From the IMG/VR virus record IMGVR_UViG_3300031088_000645: a stretch of DNA of 64,000 nucleotides. The stretch is one strand, 5' to 3'. The first letter of the stretch is position 1. The number at the start of each line of letters is the position of its first letter. Under the pieces are notes generated by a model. That model searched no databases, was not told the origin of the DNA, and saw only the letters and a program-made list of their open reading frames with translations. Both the position numbers and the translations under genes were made by a program. Of this stretch, positions 40,130 through 49,870 are shown in pieces. The DNA comes from an uncultured virus (IMG/VR IMGVR_UViG_3300031088_000645) (taxonomy: Duplodnaviria; Heunggongvirae; Uroviricota; Caudoviricetes).

Positions 40130-41019
40130 GCAACCTACAGCCCACACCGATTACCGACAAGAACGGTAAGCTCACCACTGTCCATAAGAAGGTTGGTGAG
40201 ACTGACACTAGCTCTGCCCGTGTTGCTGGTCTCAAACCTTCCAGAGCGAGCGCCAAGAGAACTGCTGTCAAGCCGCCTAAGTTCGAAGCTGCTAACTGGT
40301 TCAGAGATGGTCATGCCCTAGAACTAGGTGCCAAGGATAAAGAGGGAGCACAGCTTGTCTATCTTGACGGCAGCCCGATTGGCACTGTCACATCGGCAGA
40401 TGAGTCTCAGTACTCGCCGCTTGCTGGAACTCGACTCATCCAGTTTACAAGCGAGAAGAAGATTTGGCGTGTTTCTTTGGATGGTTCAGAGGGCGAAGTG
40501 CCAGCATATATCAACTCCTACAACGGACACGGCTCTCGTGCAAGCGCTGTGTCAGACCATGCCGACAAGGTGCTTAACATGCGATGGAAGCTGGCGCGGA
40601 GCGAAGAGTTCCTCAAGCAGGATGGTATTGCCTTCGATAGACACAAGGGTTACGACTTTGGTGCAAGAGGTCATGGGATTGAGATTCCTGACGAGTGGAT
40701 GACTGGCTTTAGCGGGACTATTACCTCGGGAGAGCTACACACGACCGCTGAGTTCTTTACCAAGGATGGCAATTCCGCTACTCTCCAGCCGAATGAGTTC
40801 GATTTCCGTGGCATGGAGAAAAAGCCATCCGTCACGGTCCAGCTTGGAAAGGGAAGCGGATATCACGCACTACCCATCTCCGAGGACGGGAGCCTCGATG
40901 TCAGCAGTATCAACCCCAAGAACGATACTGAGCGCAAATTCCTCGGTGATCTACAGGGTGTCGTCAAAGACATCATGGACACACGAGATAAGGAATCAAC
41001 GATGAGGGTTGCCCGATGA
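40126..41019 (+). CDS. DKNGK-leader protein (paralog of 39212)
   Basis: QPTPITDKNGKLTTVHKK; ATGA overlap. Confidence 0.7.
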   Translation: MSNLQPTPITDKNGKLTTVHKKVGETDTSSARVAGLKPSRASAKRTAVKPPKFEAANWFRDGHALELGAKDKEGAQLVYLDGSPIGTVTSADESQYSPLAGTRLIQFTSEKKIWRVSLDGSEGEVPAYINSYNGHGSRASAVSDHADKVLNMRWKLARSEEFLKQDGIAFDRHKGYDFGARGHGIEIPDEWMTGFSGTITSGELHTTAEFFTKDGNSATLQPNEFDFRGMEKKPSVTVQLGKGSGYHALPISEDGSLDVSSINPKNDTERKFLGDLQGVVKDIMDTRDKESTMRVAR

Positions 41020-41747
41020 GTAACCTACAGCCAACCCCTATTGTGGACAAGAACGGCAAGCAGACAACCGTCCACAAGAGAACCGATTCGGTAGAGCCAA
41101 CAAGGTCACTACCAGGCATCTCTACCTCAACGTTTATCCGAGGCGAAGAGACAGCACGAGATGTCAACCTTGCTGACATTGACGACCTTGTTGCCGAGTC
41201 CGTATCAAAGCGAATTCTCATTGAGAGACCAAGCACTCCTGGGATACGCAACTTCGTCAGCGATGCAATCGATTTCGGTCAAATGGGGAATGGAAATCGT
41301 CTTGTAGTGAACCTGAGCCTTACGTACGATGAAACCTTGACAGGTAGGGTGAATGACGAGTTGGAGCCTATCGATGATCATTGGCGCATGAGTATCAAAG
41401 CGAGTGTTCAGGACAACACAGGTCACGGTGTTGGCTACTCCGGTGACATCAAGAACGCCCTCGATGATGTCCGCGTAGATGGTGAAGAGCACCCTCGTGC
41501 CGAGAGCTTCCGAGCTATCTGGGAAGAGTATGAGTTTGATGGTGTCCGACCAGGAACGGTATCTCAGATGAACCACTTGGAAGCACTTGGTTACGACTGG
41601 AAGACCGATAACATCAAGGATGCCATTGACAAGATCCCTGATGACAATGGTCACGCCTTCGGTTCGAAACCGCTCGTTCATGAGATCAGTTCAGGGAATC
41701 TCGCGTATGTCCTTGACACCGTAGAGCTAGCTAAGTCGAAGTGGTAG
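41016..41747 (+). CDS. DKNGK-leader protein, unknown cargo
   Basis: QPTPIVDKNGKQTTVHKR; ATGA overlap. Confidence 0.7.
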   Translation: MSNLQPTPIVDKNGKQTTVHKRTDSVEPTRSLPGISTSTFIRGEETARDVNLADIDDLVAESVSKRILIERPSTPGIRNFVSDAIDFGQMGNGNRLVVNLSLTYDETLTGRVNDELEPIDDHWRMSIKASVQDNTGHGVGYSGDIKNALDDVRVDGEEHPRAESFRAIWEEYEFDGVRPGTVSQMNHLEALGYDWKTDNIKDAIDKIPDDNGHAFGSKPLVHEISSGNLAYVLDTVELAKSKW

Positions 41748-41830
41748 TACCCCATAACTGGGTTGCTGAAATAAGCATTTCATCAGGTGTCGTGTAATAG
41801 TATTCCTTCTAACGCATGTAACCGACATGC

Positions 41831-42157
41831 ATGATGATGCCGAAAGACAGCACCTTGCCTAGCAAAATGAAACGAGCAAAAAGCTCCAGTACCGATTACG
41901 TCACCCTCCGAGATTGGGCAAAGTCTCCTAACCCCTGGTTACGAGCAGCAATCGCCGGAAACACCAACACACAGAACTACGTTCTTGACGAACTGTCGTC
42001 TGACCGTAGCTCTACGGTAAGACTGTCACTTGCCTCCAACCCAAACTTGCCGCAGAAGGCATGGGACAAGCTCAAAGATGACTCATCGGAAAAGGTCAAA
42101 CAGGCACTGTGGCAAGTGCATCCTGAGAGACCAAGCAAGCTCGGTCACCGAGCCTAG
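41831..42157 (+). CDS. Short helical-repeat (LRV/HEAT-like) protein
   Basis: Repeats LRAAIAGNTNT...LSSD..VRLSLASNPNLP...LKDD..VKQAL. Confidence 0.55.
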   Translation: MMMPKDSTLPSKMKRAKSSSTDYVTLRDWAKSPNPWLRAAIAGNTNTQNYVLDELSSDRSSTVRLSLASNPNLPQKAWDKLKDDSSEKVKQALWQVHPERPSKLGHRA

Positions 42158-42262
42158 TAAGAAAGCCAGTATAAGCGTACTGGCTTTCTTCGTATCGGGA
42201 TTCATGACGGTTGCTGAGGGTATTCTTGGTCCTATCCCACCAACTATCGAAGAGGAACTAGT

Positions 42263-43555
42263 TTGTCTGTACCGTCACAATTCAACGCACCACTATCTGA
42301 GGTAGATCCGGAAGTTGCTGCTATTCTCAATGCTGAGCTAGGTCGCCAGCGAGACACTCTGGAAATGATTGCTAGCGAGAACTTCGTCTCTCGTGCAGTC
42401 CTTGAATCACAGGGTTCCGTCCTCACCAACAAGTACGCCGAGGGTTACCCAGGCAAGAGGTACTACGGTGGATGCGAGTTCGTCGATGAGGTGGAGACGC
42501 TCGCGCTCGATAGAGCCAAGAGCTTGTTCGCCGCAGCCTACGCCAACGTACAGCCACACTCAGGTGCATCCGCTAATGCTGCCGTGCTTGCTGCCATCGC
42601 TTCTCCAGGAGACAAGATTCTCGGACTCGAACTGGCTCATGGTGGTCACCTCACCCACGGCATGAAGCTGAACTTCTCAGGTAAGGTCTACGAGCCTCAT
42701 GCCTACGGTGTCAACCCAGAGACCAACCTCGTAGACATGAACATCGTCCGAGACCGGGCATTGGAAGTTCGCCCCAAGGTCATCATTGCAGGTTGGTCAG
42801 CCTATTCACGTCAGATTGACTTCGAAGCGTTCCGTGCTATTGCTGATGAGGTCGGAGCGGCGCTGTGGGTCGATATGGCGCACTTTGCTGGTCTAGTGGC
42901 TACCGGTCTTCACCCGTCGCCTATTCCGTTCGCAGATGTCGTTTCATCAACCGTCCACAAGACGCTGGCGGGTCCACGTTCGGGAATCATCTTGTCGCGT
43001 GACGAAGCACTCGGCAAGAAGCTCAACTCGGCGGTGTTCCCAGGTCAGCAGGGTGGTCCGCTTATGCACGTCATCGCTGCTAAGGCAACAGCATTCAAGT
43101 TGGCTGCTTCAGAAGAGTTCAAGGATCGTCAGGAAAGGACACTCAGCGGCGCGAGGATCGTTTCTGAGCGCCTTACTGCCGCAGATAGTACGAGTGCCGG
43201 TATCAACGTTCTCACGGGCGGCACAGACGTTCATCTCGTTCTAGCTGACCTGAGAGAGGCTGTTATCGATGGTAAGCAGGCGGAGGATGCTCTGCATGAA
43301 GTGGGTATCACCGTGAACCGCAACTCGGTTCCTAACGACCCACGTCCGCCATTGAAGACCTCTGGTATTCGTATCGGAACACCGGCTCTTGCTACACGAG
43401 GATTCGGTGACGATGAGTTCCGCGAGGTTGCGGACATCCTAGCTCTCACTCTGATTGGTGAGACTCCTGTTCGCGAGCTAGCTGATCGGGTCAATGCACT
43501 CACGGCTAGGTTCCCTCTCTACGAAGGTCTTACCTCGCCAGGCACCTGGAGCTAA
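42263..43555 (+). CDS. glyA: Serine hydroxymethyltransferase
   Basis: [56 protein letters not shown]. Confidence 0.97.
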   Translation: MSVPSQFNAPLSEVDPEVAAILNAELGRQRDTLEMIASENFVSRAVLESQGSVLTNKYAEGYPGKRYYGGCEFVDEVETLALDRAKSLFAAAYANVQPHSGASANAAVLAAIASPGDKILGLELAHGGHLTHGMKLNFSGKVYEPHAYGVNPETNLVDMNIVRDRALEVRPKVIIAGWSAYSRQIDFEAFRAIADEVGAALWVDMAHFAGLVATGLHPSPIPFADVVSSTVHKTLAGPRSGIILSRDEALGKKLNSAVFPGQQGGPLMHVIAAKATAFKLAASEEFKDRQERTLSGARIVSERLTAADSTSAGINVLTGGTDVHLVLADLREAVIDGKQAEDALHEVGITVNRNSVPNDPRPPLKTSGIRIGTPALATRGFGDDEFREVADILALTLIGETPVRELADRVNALTARFPLYEGLTSPGTWS

Positions 43556-43611
43556 GAGACAAATAACAAAGCCAGCCCGATAGATGGGCTGGCTTTGTTG
43601 TTGCTGGTGGG

Positions 43612-43704
43612 TTACTTACCCTTACCAGCTACGATCTCGTCGTAGAGCTTCTGTGCCTCTACGGGGTCGAGAACGTCCTTCTGGGTCGTTTCCTTTTCAG
43701 CCAT
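43612..43704 (-). CDS. Small protein (30 aa), not in ORF track
   Basis: MAEKETTQKDVLDPVEAQKLYDEIVAGKGK; AAGGAG RBS; followed by a terminator hairpin. Confidence 0.45.
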   Translation of the reverse strand: MAEKETTQKDVLDPVEAQKLYDEIVAGKGK

Positions 43705-43708
43705 GCGT

Positions 43709-43942
43709 TTACTCCTTCATCTTCTCGAACGTCTCCTTGCACTCCGGGCAGACCGGGTACTTGGAAGCATCTCTAGTCGGGAGCCATACCTTCCCGCAGA
43801 GCGCAGTTGCTGGCTCACCACTCAGCCATGCCTTCTCAAAGGCTGCCTTTGGGATGTAGTGCGAGAATAGATCGTGATCTCCCGAATCGGTAGTCTCGAT
43901 CTTCTCTTCAACCTTTTCATCAAAGGAAGTTCCGGCACCCAT
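43709..43942 (-). CDS. DUF3039 family protein (actinobacterial)
   Basis: GDHDLFSHY...ALCGKVWLPTRD...PVCPECK. Confidence 0.85.
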   Translation of the reverse strand: MGAGTSFDEKVEEKIETTDSGDHDLFSHYIPKAAFEKAWLSGEPATALCGKVWLPTRDASKYPVCPECKETFEKMKE

Positions 43943-44081
43943 AATTGTCTCCGATGGTCTAGAAATGTTGGTTGTGTAGCTATACCTTACGCCAACATTG
44001 TGGATGAGTCAAATTATCAGGAGTTCCTAGACAACGAATTGATACTGCTCGCCTCAAAATCGTTCAATATTGGCTCGATAC

Positions 44082-44543
44082 TCACAGTGTCGATAGCGGG
44101 ATGGTGGTGTAGACGGAATAGAAGTCGTCCTTAGCGGTTGACTCTCGAAGGTAGATTTCCAGAGCGTTGCCTTCAACATCGATAGTGGTCGGCTCGTACT
44201 CACCCGGTGCGGCATAAGCACCATCGGTAATCTTCTTTAGCTGATCGTCAGTGACGGTGATCTCGTATCGCTCGATAAGAAACGCACGCACCTTGTCTTC
44301 ACGGTCATAGCGAATGCTCGCTAGCGTGTACAGAGTTCCTGCGGTTAGTGCGAGGGCAACAATAGCGGCAACACTCATTCCTGAGACGAATCCAACAAAT
44401 CCCTTGGAACGCCTTGCCTTCTTCCAGAAAGAAGCAGCGAGTATGGGAACAAGAGCAATGAAGATGACCGCTACGACACCGAAGATAAGTGCCTGACCGA
44501 AGGCTCCGTCCGTGGAAAGGTCTACGAAGTTGTCTGCGTCCAT
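44082..44543 (-). CDS. Two-TM membrane protein
   Basis: GAGGA RBS before MDADNF; two hydrophobic helices. Confidence 0.55.
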   Translation of the reverse strand: MDADNFVDLSTDGAFGQALIFGVVAVIFIALVPILAASFWKKARRSKGFVGFVSGMSVAAIVALALTAGTLYTLASIRYDREDKVRAFLIERYEITVTDDQLKKITDGAYAAPGEYEPTTIDVEGNALEIYLRESTAKDDFYSVYTTIPLSTL

Positions 44544-44634
44544 GATGTCCTCACTATGATTCCAAATAAGGTAGCACTTGACTTCTGTATGGTCAAGTAG
44601 CTTGCGTGACACTGCCTTGCTCTATAATCAATTT

Positions 44635-45162
44635 ATGCCTGGTGAACACCTCATCCCAAAGCCTATCGTTGACCGAAACGGTAAGCATACGACCGTGCGC
44701 ACCAAGCCGTCTCTACCCATCTCAAATCGTGAGCTACCTTCTGTGGCAGTAGGCTCAAAGCCGCTACCTTCTCAGAACTTCTCGTTCCCCAAAGAGACAG
44801 TGCAGGCGTTCACCGAAGGTGACTGCTGGGTGCTTGCCGAAGAGGTTCGGAAGATGACCGGCTGGGAAAAGGTTGCAGTGGGATATGACGACACCGAAGA
44901 GGGTCAAAAGCCTGACTTCTACTGGCTACACGTTGCCAACAGACTACCCGATGGACGATTGCTCGACATCACAGGAATCCACTCTGACGAAGAGTTCATC
45001 GATAGGTGGGGCGGACCAGTAAGTGAGTCATATCTCTTCCCTGTCAATGACCCTTCATACTTCGACCATGTTGAGCCGGAGTACAACATCGACGCGCGGC
45101 GTACGGCTGATGTTCTTATCGAGATGCTCCCGCTCTATGGAGTAAGACGTGAAAACATCTAG
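44635..45162 (+). CDS. DRNGK-leader protein with putative Cys-His-Asp catalytic domain
   Basis: AFTEGDCWVLA...WLHVANRLPDGRLLDITG; TATAAT-N6-ATG. Confidence 0.65.
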   Translation: MPGEHLIPKPIVDRNGKHTTVRTKPSLPISNRELPSVAVGSKPLPSQNFSFPKETVQAFTEGDCWVLAEEVRKMTGWEKVAVGYDDTEEGQKPDFYWLHVANRLPDGRLLDITGIHSDEEFIDRWGGPVSESYLFPVNDPSYFDHVEPEYNIDARRTADVLIEMLPLYGVRRENI

Positions 45163-45703
45163 CCGAGTGCGTAAGTCCATCATCGACAAAAACGGTAAGC
45201 GAACGACCGTCTACATCAACCCCCACAAAGGTATCAAGTCATCACTACCAGAACCCCCATCGCCAAGCGCTGCTGCTGAACAAAGGTATCAGCCAATCCA
45301 CTCTTTCAGCTTCTCAGAAGAAGAGGTGGTGGCGTTTACGGAAAGCGACTGCTTCTTACTTGCTGAGCACATCCAAACAGCTACAGGGTGGGAACGAGTT
45401 GCGATAGGAACTGAGTGGGGTGAGGATGGAAAACTTGACCAACCCGCCGACTACGATTGGGTTCACATGGTCAACCGAATGCCTGATGGCAAGCTGGTGG
45501 ATATCACAGGCATCTATGATGAAGACACACTCGTGGACAAGTGGCTTAGTGACTTGCACTACGACAGCAGCCGTTCGCATCCAAGCATACGTCTAGTTGA
45601 CGATGAGGGTTATATGATGAATGCCTGGTCTCGAAACATCGTAGATCCAGTACCTCGCGCCAAAGCAATCGTTGAACTTGTTCGAGGTATCGAGGGCATC
45701 TAG
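45149..45703 (+). CDS. DKNGK-leader protein with putative Cys-His-Asp catalytic domain
   Basis: AFTESDCFLLA...WVHMVNRMPDGKLVDITG. Confidence 0.65.
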   Translation: MKTSSRVRKSIIDKNGKRTTVYINPHKGIKSSLPEPPSPSAAAEQRYQPIHSFSFSEEEVVAFTESDCFLLAEHIQTATGWERVAIGTEWGEDGKLDQPADYDWVHMVNRMPDGKLVDITGIYDEDTLVDKWLSDLHYDSSRSHPSIRLVDDEGYMMNAWSRNIVDPVPRAKAIVELVRGIEGI

Positions 45704-45756
45704 ACAGAACAAAAGCCCCGTAGCGAAGATGCTACGGGGCTTTTGCCTTGTACTAC

Positions 45757-46890
45757 TTAGAGAGCTTCAACTTGGTAGTTGAAGTCATATCCGTCAATGT
45801 TGATGACGAAGCTGTATGCGTTCCACTGCATCGACTCGCGGTCGGCAGCAGAAGCGAACTGCACATCGGTAACCTCAGCGTAGACGAAGGTGTTACCGCC
45901 AACGGTGTACTCGGTGAACTTGAAGTCACCAACGGACGATGCAGTGACGTTCTTGCCATCGAAATCGGTGAGGTTCATCTTGACATTTTCGAATGTCCAA
46001 GTTGTTGCCTTATCGATAGTTCCCTGGTACGAGGTGAAGCTCTTTGTGGTGTCTGTCTTCACTCCAGTCTTGAAGTAGGTCTGTTTGAACCAGTCCTGGT
46101 CGTAGGAAGCATCGTCAAACTTGATGTTCGCACTAGTTGGTCCTTGGAAAGCCATCTCGAAGTTCGATGCGTTGAAGCTCGTTGGTCCGGAAGGTACTGC
46201 TGCTGGTGCAGGAGCGGGGTTGACAGGTGCAGGGTTAGTAGGCGTTGTACTACCAGTCGAGGGGACACCCTCACCAGGAAGGTTAGGACTGCGGGTAGCT
46301 GCGCGGCTGAAGTCATATGGTTCTTCCTCAACGGAAGCCTCATACATGTTACCGACTGTCGCTACTGTGATTCCTTCAGGAATGATAAGACCGCTACTAT
46401 TGGCTGATGCATCAGCAAGAACAATCTCTTCACCAGCGAGTACGGAGCTAAACGAAGAGAAGTTCTCATCGGTTAGCTGGACAGTTTTGGCAGACTCAGA
46501 TGAACGAGCGAAGACCTTGCCCGAGGTGGAGTAGCTGGTGGCGACCCACTTCTTGCCACTGTCTGTGGTCTCAACAATCAGTCGAGACCGAGCACTAGGA
46601 AGGAAATTCACTGCTCCGTCAATGCCAGGCTTTTCCATCTGACGGTACTGACTTTCGTTGAAGTTGTCGTAGACCCAGTACTTGCCATCAGAAGCCAGTA
46701 AGGACTCTTCGGCGTAAGCAGAGTTAGCAAGATCGGTGGTTGCATTGTTGTCGCGAGCGTTGTTGATCAAACCGGGAGCGGTTACGAGTCCAGCAGCAAT
46801 GAGGATTGCAGATACGGCAATCGTGATCGTTTGCATGATGGAGTTTTCAGCAGTGTCGTCGTGAACAACGCGGGTGAATGCGTTAGACAT
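45757..46890 (-). CDS. Atypical pilin-like membrane-anchored protein (copy 3 of 4)
   Basis: MSNAFTRVVHDDTAENSIMQTITIAV...ARDNNATTDLAN. Confidence 0.6.
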   Translation of the reverse strand: MSNAFTRVVHDDTAENSIMQTITIAVSAILIAAGLVTAPGLINNARDNNATTDLANSAYAEESLLASDGKYWVYDNFNESQYRQMEKPGIDGAVNFLPSARSRLIVETTDSGKKWVATSYSTSGKVFARSSESAKTVQLTDENFSSFSSVLAGEEIVLADASANSSGLIIPEGITVATVGNMYEASVEEEPYDFSRAATRSPNLPGEGVPSTGSTTPTNPAPVNPAPAPAAVPSGPTSFNASNFEMAFQGPTSANIKFDDASYDQDWFKQTYFKTGVKTDTTKSFTSYQGTIDKATTWTFENVKMNLTDFDGKNVTASSVGDFKFTEYTVGGNTFVYAEVTDVQFASAADRESMQWNAYSFVINIDGYDFNYQVEAL

Positions 46891-47067
46891 GATGTGTTTC
46901 CTAGGGTAAAGTCGTATCAAAGCGATACGTGTCGTTATGTGAATTTTAGCAAAGAGGGGTGTCTCTCTTTGGCGGAACCTATTAATTGGTTAGTGCACTA
47001 AGCTTTTGGTCTAGACAGAAAGAAGCCCCGTAGCTTTCGCTACGGGGCTTCTTTACCTCTATTCGAT

Positions 47068-48186
47068 TTAGAACTCTTCGATGTTGAAGTTGAAGGAGTG
47101 CTTTCCATCCAACGTCAAGACGTAGCTTGTGAAGTAGAAGTAGGGGTTGTAAGCAGTTCTGTCGAACTGTGGGTTTACAAGGTCAATCTGGGTGTAGACA
47201 TTGCTGTTTCCATTGACCGTGAACTCGGTGTATCTGAACGAGCCAAGAGGTGCGTTGACTTTCTTTCCGGCAGAGTCGGTGAATACGACAGATGCGTTGT
47301 TGATGGTCCACGATGTTGACTTGTTGACGGTTCCATAGTCCTGTCGAATGCTCTTGTCGGCAGTGGTGTCAGTCTGGGTACCAGTCTTGAAGTAAGTCTG
47401 ACTCGTCAATGGCGAGTTGCCATAGTAGTTATCGCTCACCCTGATGTTCGTCTTGGTGTCAAGGTTGTCCGAGAAGTTGAACGTGGTCGGACCCGATGGC
47501 ACTGGTTCAGGAGCGGGTGCAGGTGCAGGGTTGCTTGGCGTGGATGCGCCAAGCGTAGGAATGCCTTCACCAGGAAGGTCAGCAGTACGAGTAGCTGCAC
47601 GAGTGAAGTCGTATGGCTCTTCCTCGACAGAAGCCTCGTACATGTTGCTTACTGTAGCTACGGTGATGCCCTCAGGGATGATCAAGTCGCTGCCCTTAGG
47701 AGATGCGTTAGCAAGAACGATCTTCTCGCCTGCTAGCACAGAGCTAAAGGATGAGAAGTTTGCATCAGAAAGCTGGGTGGTCTTAGCGGACTCAGATGAA
47801 CGAGCAAAGACCTTTCCTGAGGTGGAGTAGCTGGTAGCGACCCACTTCTTTCCATCGTCAGTGGTTTCGATGATGAGTCGCGACTTAGCACTCGGGGTGA
47901 AGTTTACGGAGCCTTCAATAGCAGGCTTCTCCATCTGGCGGTACTGGCTTGCATTGAAGTTGTCGTAGACCCAGTACTTGCCGTCAGCAGCGAGCAAAGA
48001 CTCTTCTGCTAGTGCCGAATTGGCGAGGTCAGTAGTGGCGTTGTTGTCGCGGGCATTGTTGATGAGACCGGGCGCGGTGACAAGTCCAGCAGCAATAAGG
48101 ATTGCGGAGACCGCAATCGTGATCGTTTGCATGATGGAGTTTTCAGCATCGTCATCATGAACAACGCGAGAAAATGCGTTAGACAT
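47068..48186 (-). CDS. Atypical pilin-like membrane-anchored protein (copy 4 of 4)
   Basis: N-terminal ~230 aa highly similar to copy 3; diverged C-terminus. Confidence 0.6.
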   Translation of the reverse strand: MSNAFSRVVHDDDAENSIMQTITIAVSAILIAAGLVTAPGLINNARDNNATTDLANSALAEESLLAADGKYWVYDNFNASQYRQMEKPAIEGSVNFTPSAKSRLIIETTDDGKKWVATSYSTSGKVFARSSESAKTTQLSDANFSSFSSVLAGEKIVLANASPKGSDLIIPEGITVATVSNMYEASVEEEPYDFTRAATRTADLPGEGIPTLGASTPSNPAPAPAPEPVPSGPTTFNFSDNLDTKTNIRVSDNYYGNSPLTSQTYFKTGTQTDTTADKSIRQDYGTVNKSTSWTINNASVVFTDSAGKKVNAPLGSFRYTEFTVNGNSNVYTQIDLVNPQFDRTAYNPYFYFTSYVLTLDGKHSFNFNIEEF

Positions 48187-48313
48187 AGTGGTGTTCCTAA
48201 GGGTAAAGACGTATCCATCCGATACGTGTCGTATAAAGAGGATACCAAAACCCTATGACGCTACTGATAGAAACCTATTATTTGAACGAGCTACTGTCGT
48301 TCTGCGTATAGCC

Positions 48314-48760
48314 TCAATCGCCCAAGTTGGGGTTCTTCTTATTCTCTACCATGAGCACAGTCGCCTCGGTGCTAGTCGCATTAGCATTGTCATTGACGAC
48401 CACCTTGCTGATGGTGATGTTCAACAAGTCAGTCTCACAGTGCACATCCAAACGGTTTGCTGCACTGTCTTTTGTGCCTTCATCTGCTGTCTCTTCTTTG
48501 GGTTCGCAGGTCGCTTCTTCGTGACTGCTCACAGAGTCATAGAGGTAGTCGAATGCCGTCTCGCCGCCATAGATAGTACTTCGTGATGCTGGCTTGTCTG
48601 CTGAGTAGGTGAGATCATCATGAGAGATGACTTGACCTGCTCCATCAGCCTTGATTTCGACTAGAAAGTCATCGATATACTGCGTCTGCGCACAACCTGT
48701 GAGCACCAATGCTGTAGCCGCGACGAGACCAATAGCGGAGGTCTTCGCGATACGTCTCAT
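48314..48760 (-). CDS. Putative lipoprotein
   Basis: Signal peptide with LTGC lipobox. Confidence 0.7.
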   Translation of the reverse strand: MRRIAKTSAIGLVAATALVLTGCAQTQYIDDFLVEIKADGAGQVISHDDLTYSADKPASRSTIYGGETAFDYLYDSVSSHEEATCEPKEETADEGTKDSAANRLDVHCETDLLNITISKVVVNDNANATSTEATVLMVENKKNPNLGD

Positions 48761-48830
48761 AGTCTTCCTGTTCTATACAACAAGCGCGGTGTACCAGTAT
48801 AGGCACACCGCGCTTGTCATGGTGGGTTGT

Positions 48831-49244
48831 TTAGCAGCTAGCCCACAGCGAGTTCTTGACGACCTTAAAGTTGTAAGTTCCGCCCGAGAGCTTCTTCCAC
48901 TTGCCGCCGCCGAACCACGACCCGTGTGCCTGGGTTGCGCAGTATCCGGCAGGAACGAAGACAGCATCCACATCCTTGATGGAAGTGCTCTTCTGACCAG
49001 GCTTCAGAGTGATGACCGTACCGGTGGGCTTTGAGCCGTTCCAGTCTGCACCTACCTTGATGGAGGTTGAAGAGTTCCCTGAGTTGATGACCACGCCGCA
49101 AATCTCCCCAAGCGGAGTCTTGGTACAAGTGGAGGCGTGTGCGGGAGATGCAACGAACAAGGTAGCGATGACGAATGCCAGTGCTACGAGAACAGCGATG
49201 AAGCGCTTCGATGCGGGCTTGGAAATGGTGTTGATGTTGGACAT
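48831..49244 (-). CDS. Putative secreted Cys-containing protein
   Basis: Signal peptide ending ASPAHA; four Cys; GAAAGG RBS. Confidence 0.65.
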   Translation of the reverse strand: MSNINTISKPASKRFIAVLVALAFVIATLFVASPAHASTCTKTPLGEICGVVINSGNSSTSIKVGADWNGSKPTGTVITLKPGQKSTSIKDVDAVFVPAGYCATQAHGSWFGGGKWKKLSGGTYNFKVVKNSLWASC

Positions 49245-49353
49245 AGGTGTGCCTTTCGGGTAAGTAACATCGGGTAGATGACAAACTACCGACTCATGCC
49301 TAGCATTGTCAAGTTGTCATCTCTAGGGTACAGTAAGAGTAGAAGGGACGGAC

Positions 49354-49860
49354 ATGATTGACTCTAAGCAGGTTGCTGCCATGATTTCCCCTGGCGATCT
49401 TGTGCGCAAGATCTTCTTGGGTGCTGGCAGTTCCAAACGCGCCTTCATTCAGTTCCGCAATGACGCAGGCGGGAACAAGGTTCTTGCGAGCGCACTGGCT
49501 CATCCTCTAGAGGTGTGCGCCCTGAACATCGATACGTCTTTCCGGTGGTATGACTACGATGCATCTCAGCGCGCTGACGAGTTCAGTCGGTACATTGTGC
49601 GTTCTCGTTTGCGGGGATTCCACGAGGATATCTACGCCAGTAACCCTCCCGGCAACGGTAGGAACGCGGCTGTCATGGTTGCGCTCAACCTCCCGAGCTT
49701 CTACGACGTTGATGTGCATGAACTGAACGCTGTGGTTGCTGCTTATGGCTGGAAGAACACCATCGAACTCATCAACCGAAGCCAAGGTGGTAAGAGCATC
49801 CACGAACTCTTCATGGCTTCCAGTCACGGTATCGATAGCTCACTGCTTGCGCAACTGTAG
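49354..49860 (+). CDS. Hypothetical protein with GIDSSLLAQL C-terminus
   Basis: GAAGGG RBS; TTGTCA-N17-TACAGT upstream. Confidence 0.55.
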   Translation: MIDSKQVAAMISPGDLVRKIFLGAGSSKRAFIQFRNDAGGNKVLASALAHPLEVCALNIDTSFRWYDYDASQRADEFSRYIVRSRLRGFHEDIYASNPPGNGRNAAVMVALNLPSFYDVDVHELNAVVAAYGWKNTIELINRSQGGKSIHELFMASSHGIDSSLLAQL

Positions 49861-49870
49861 TGCCGTCTGG

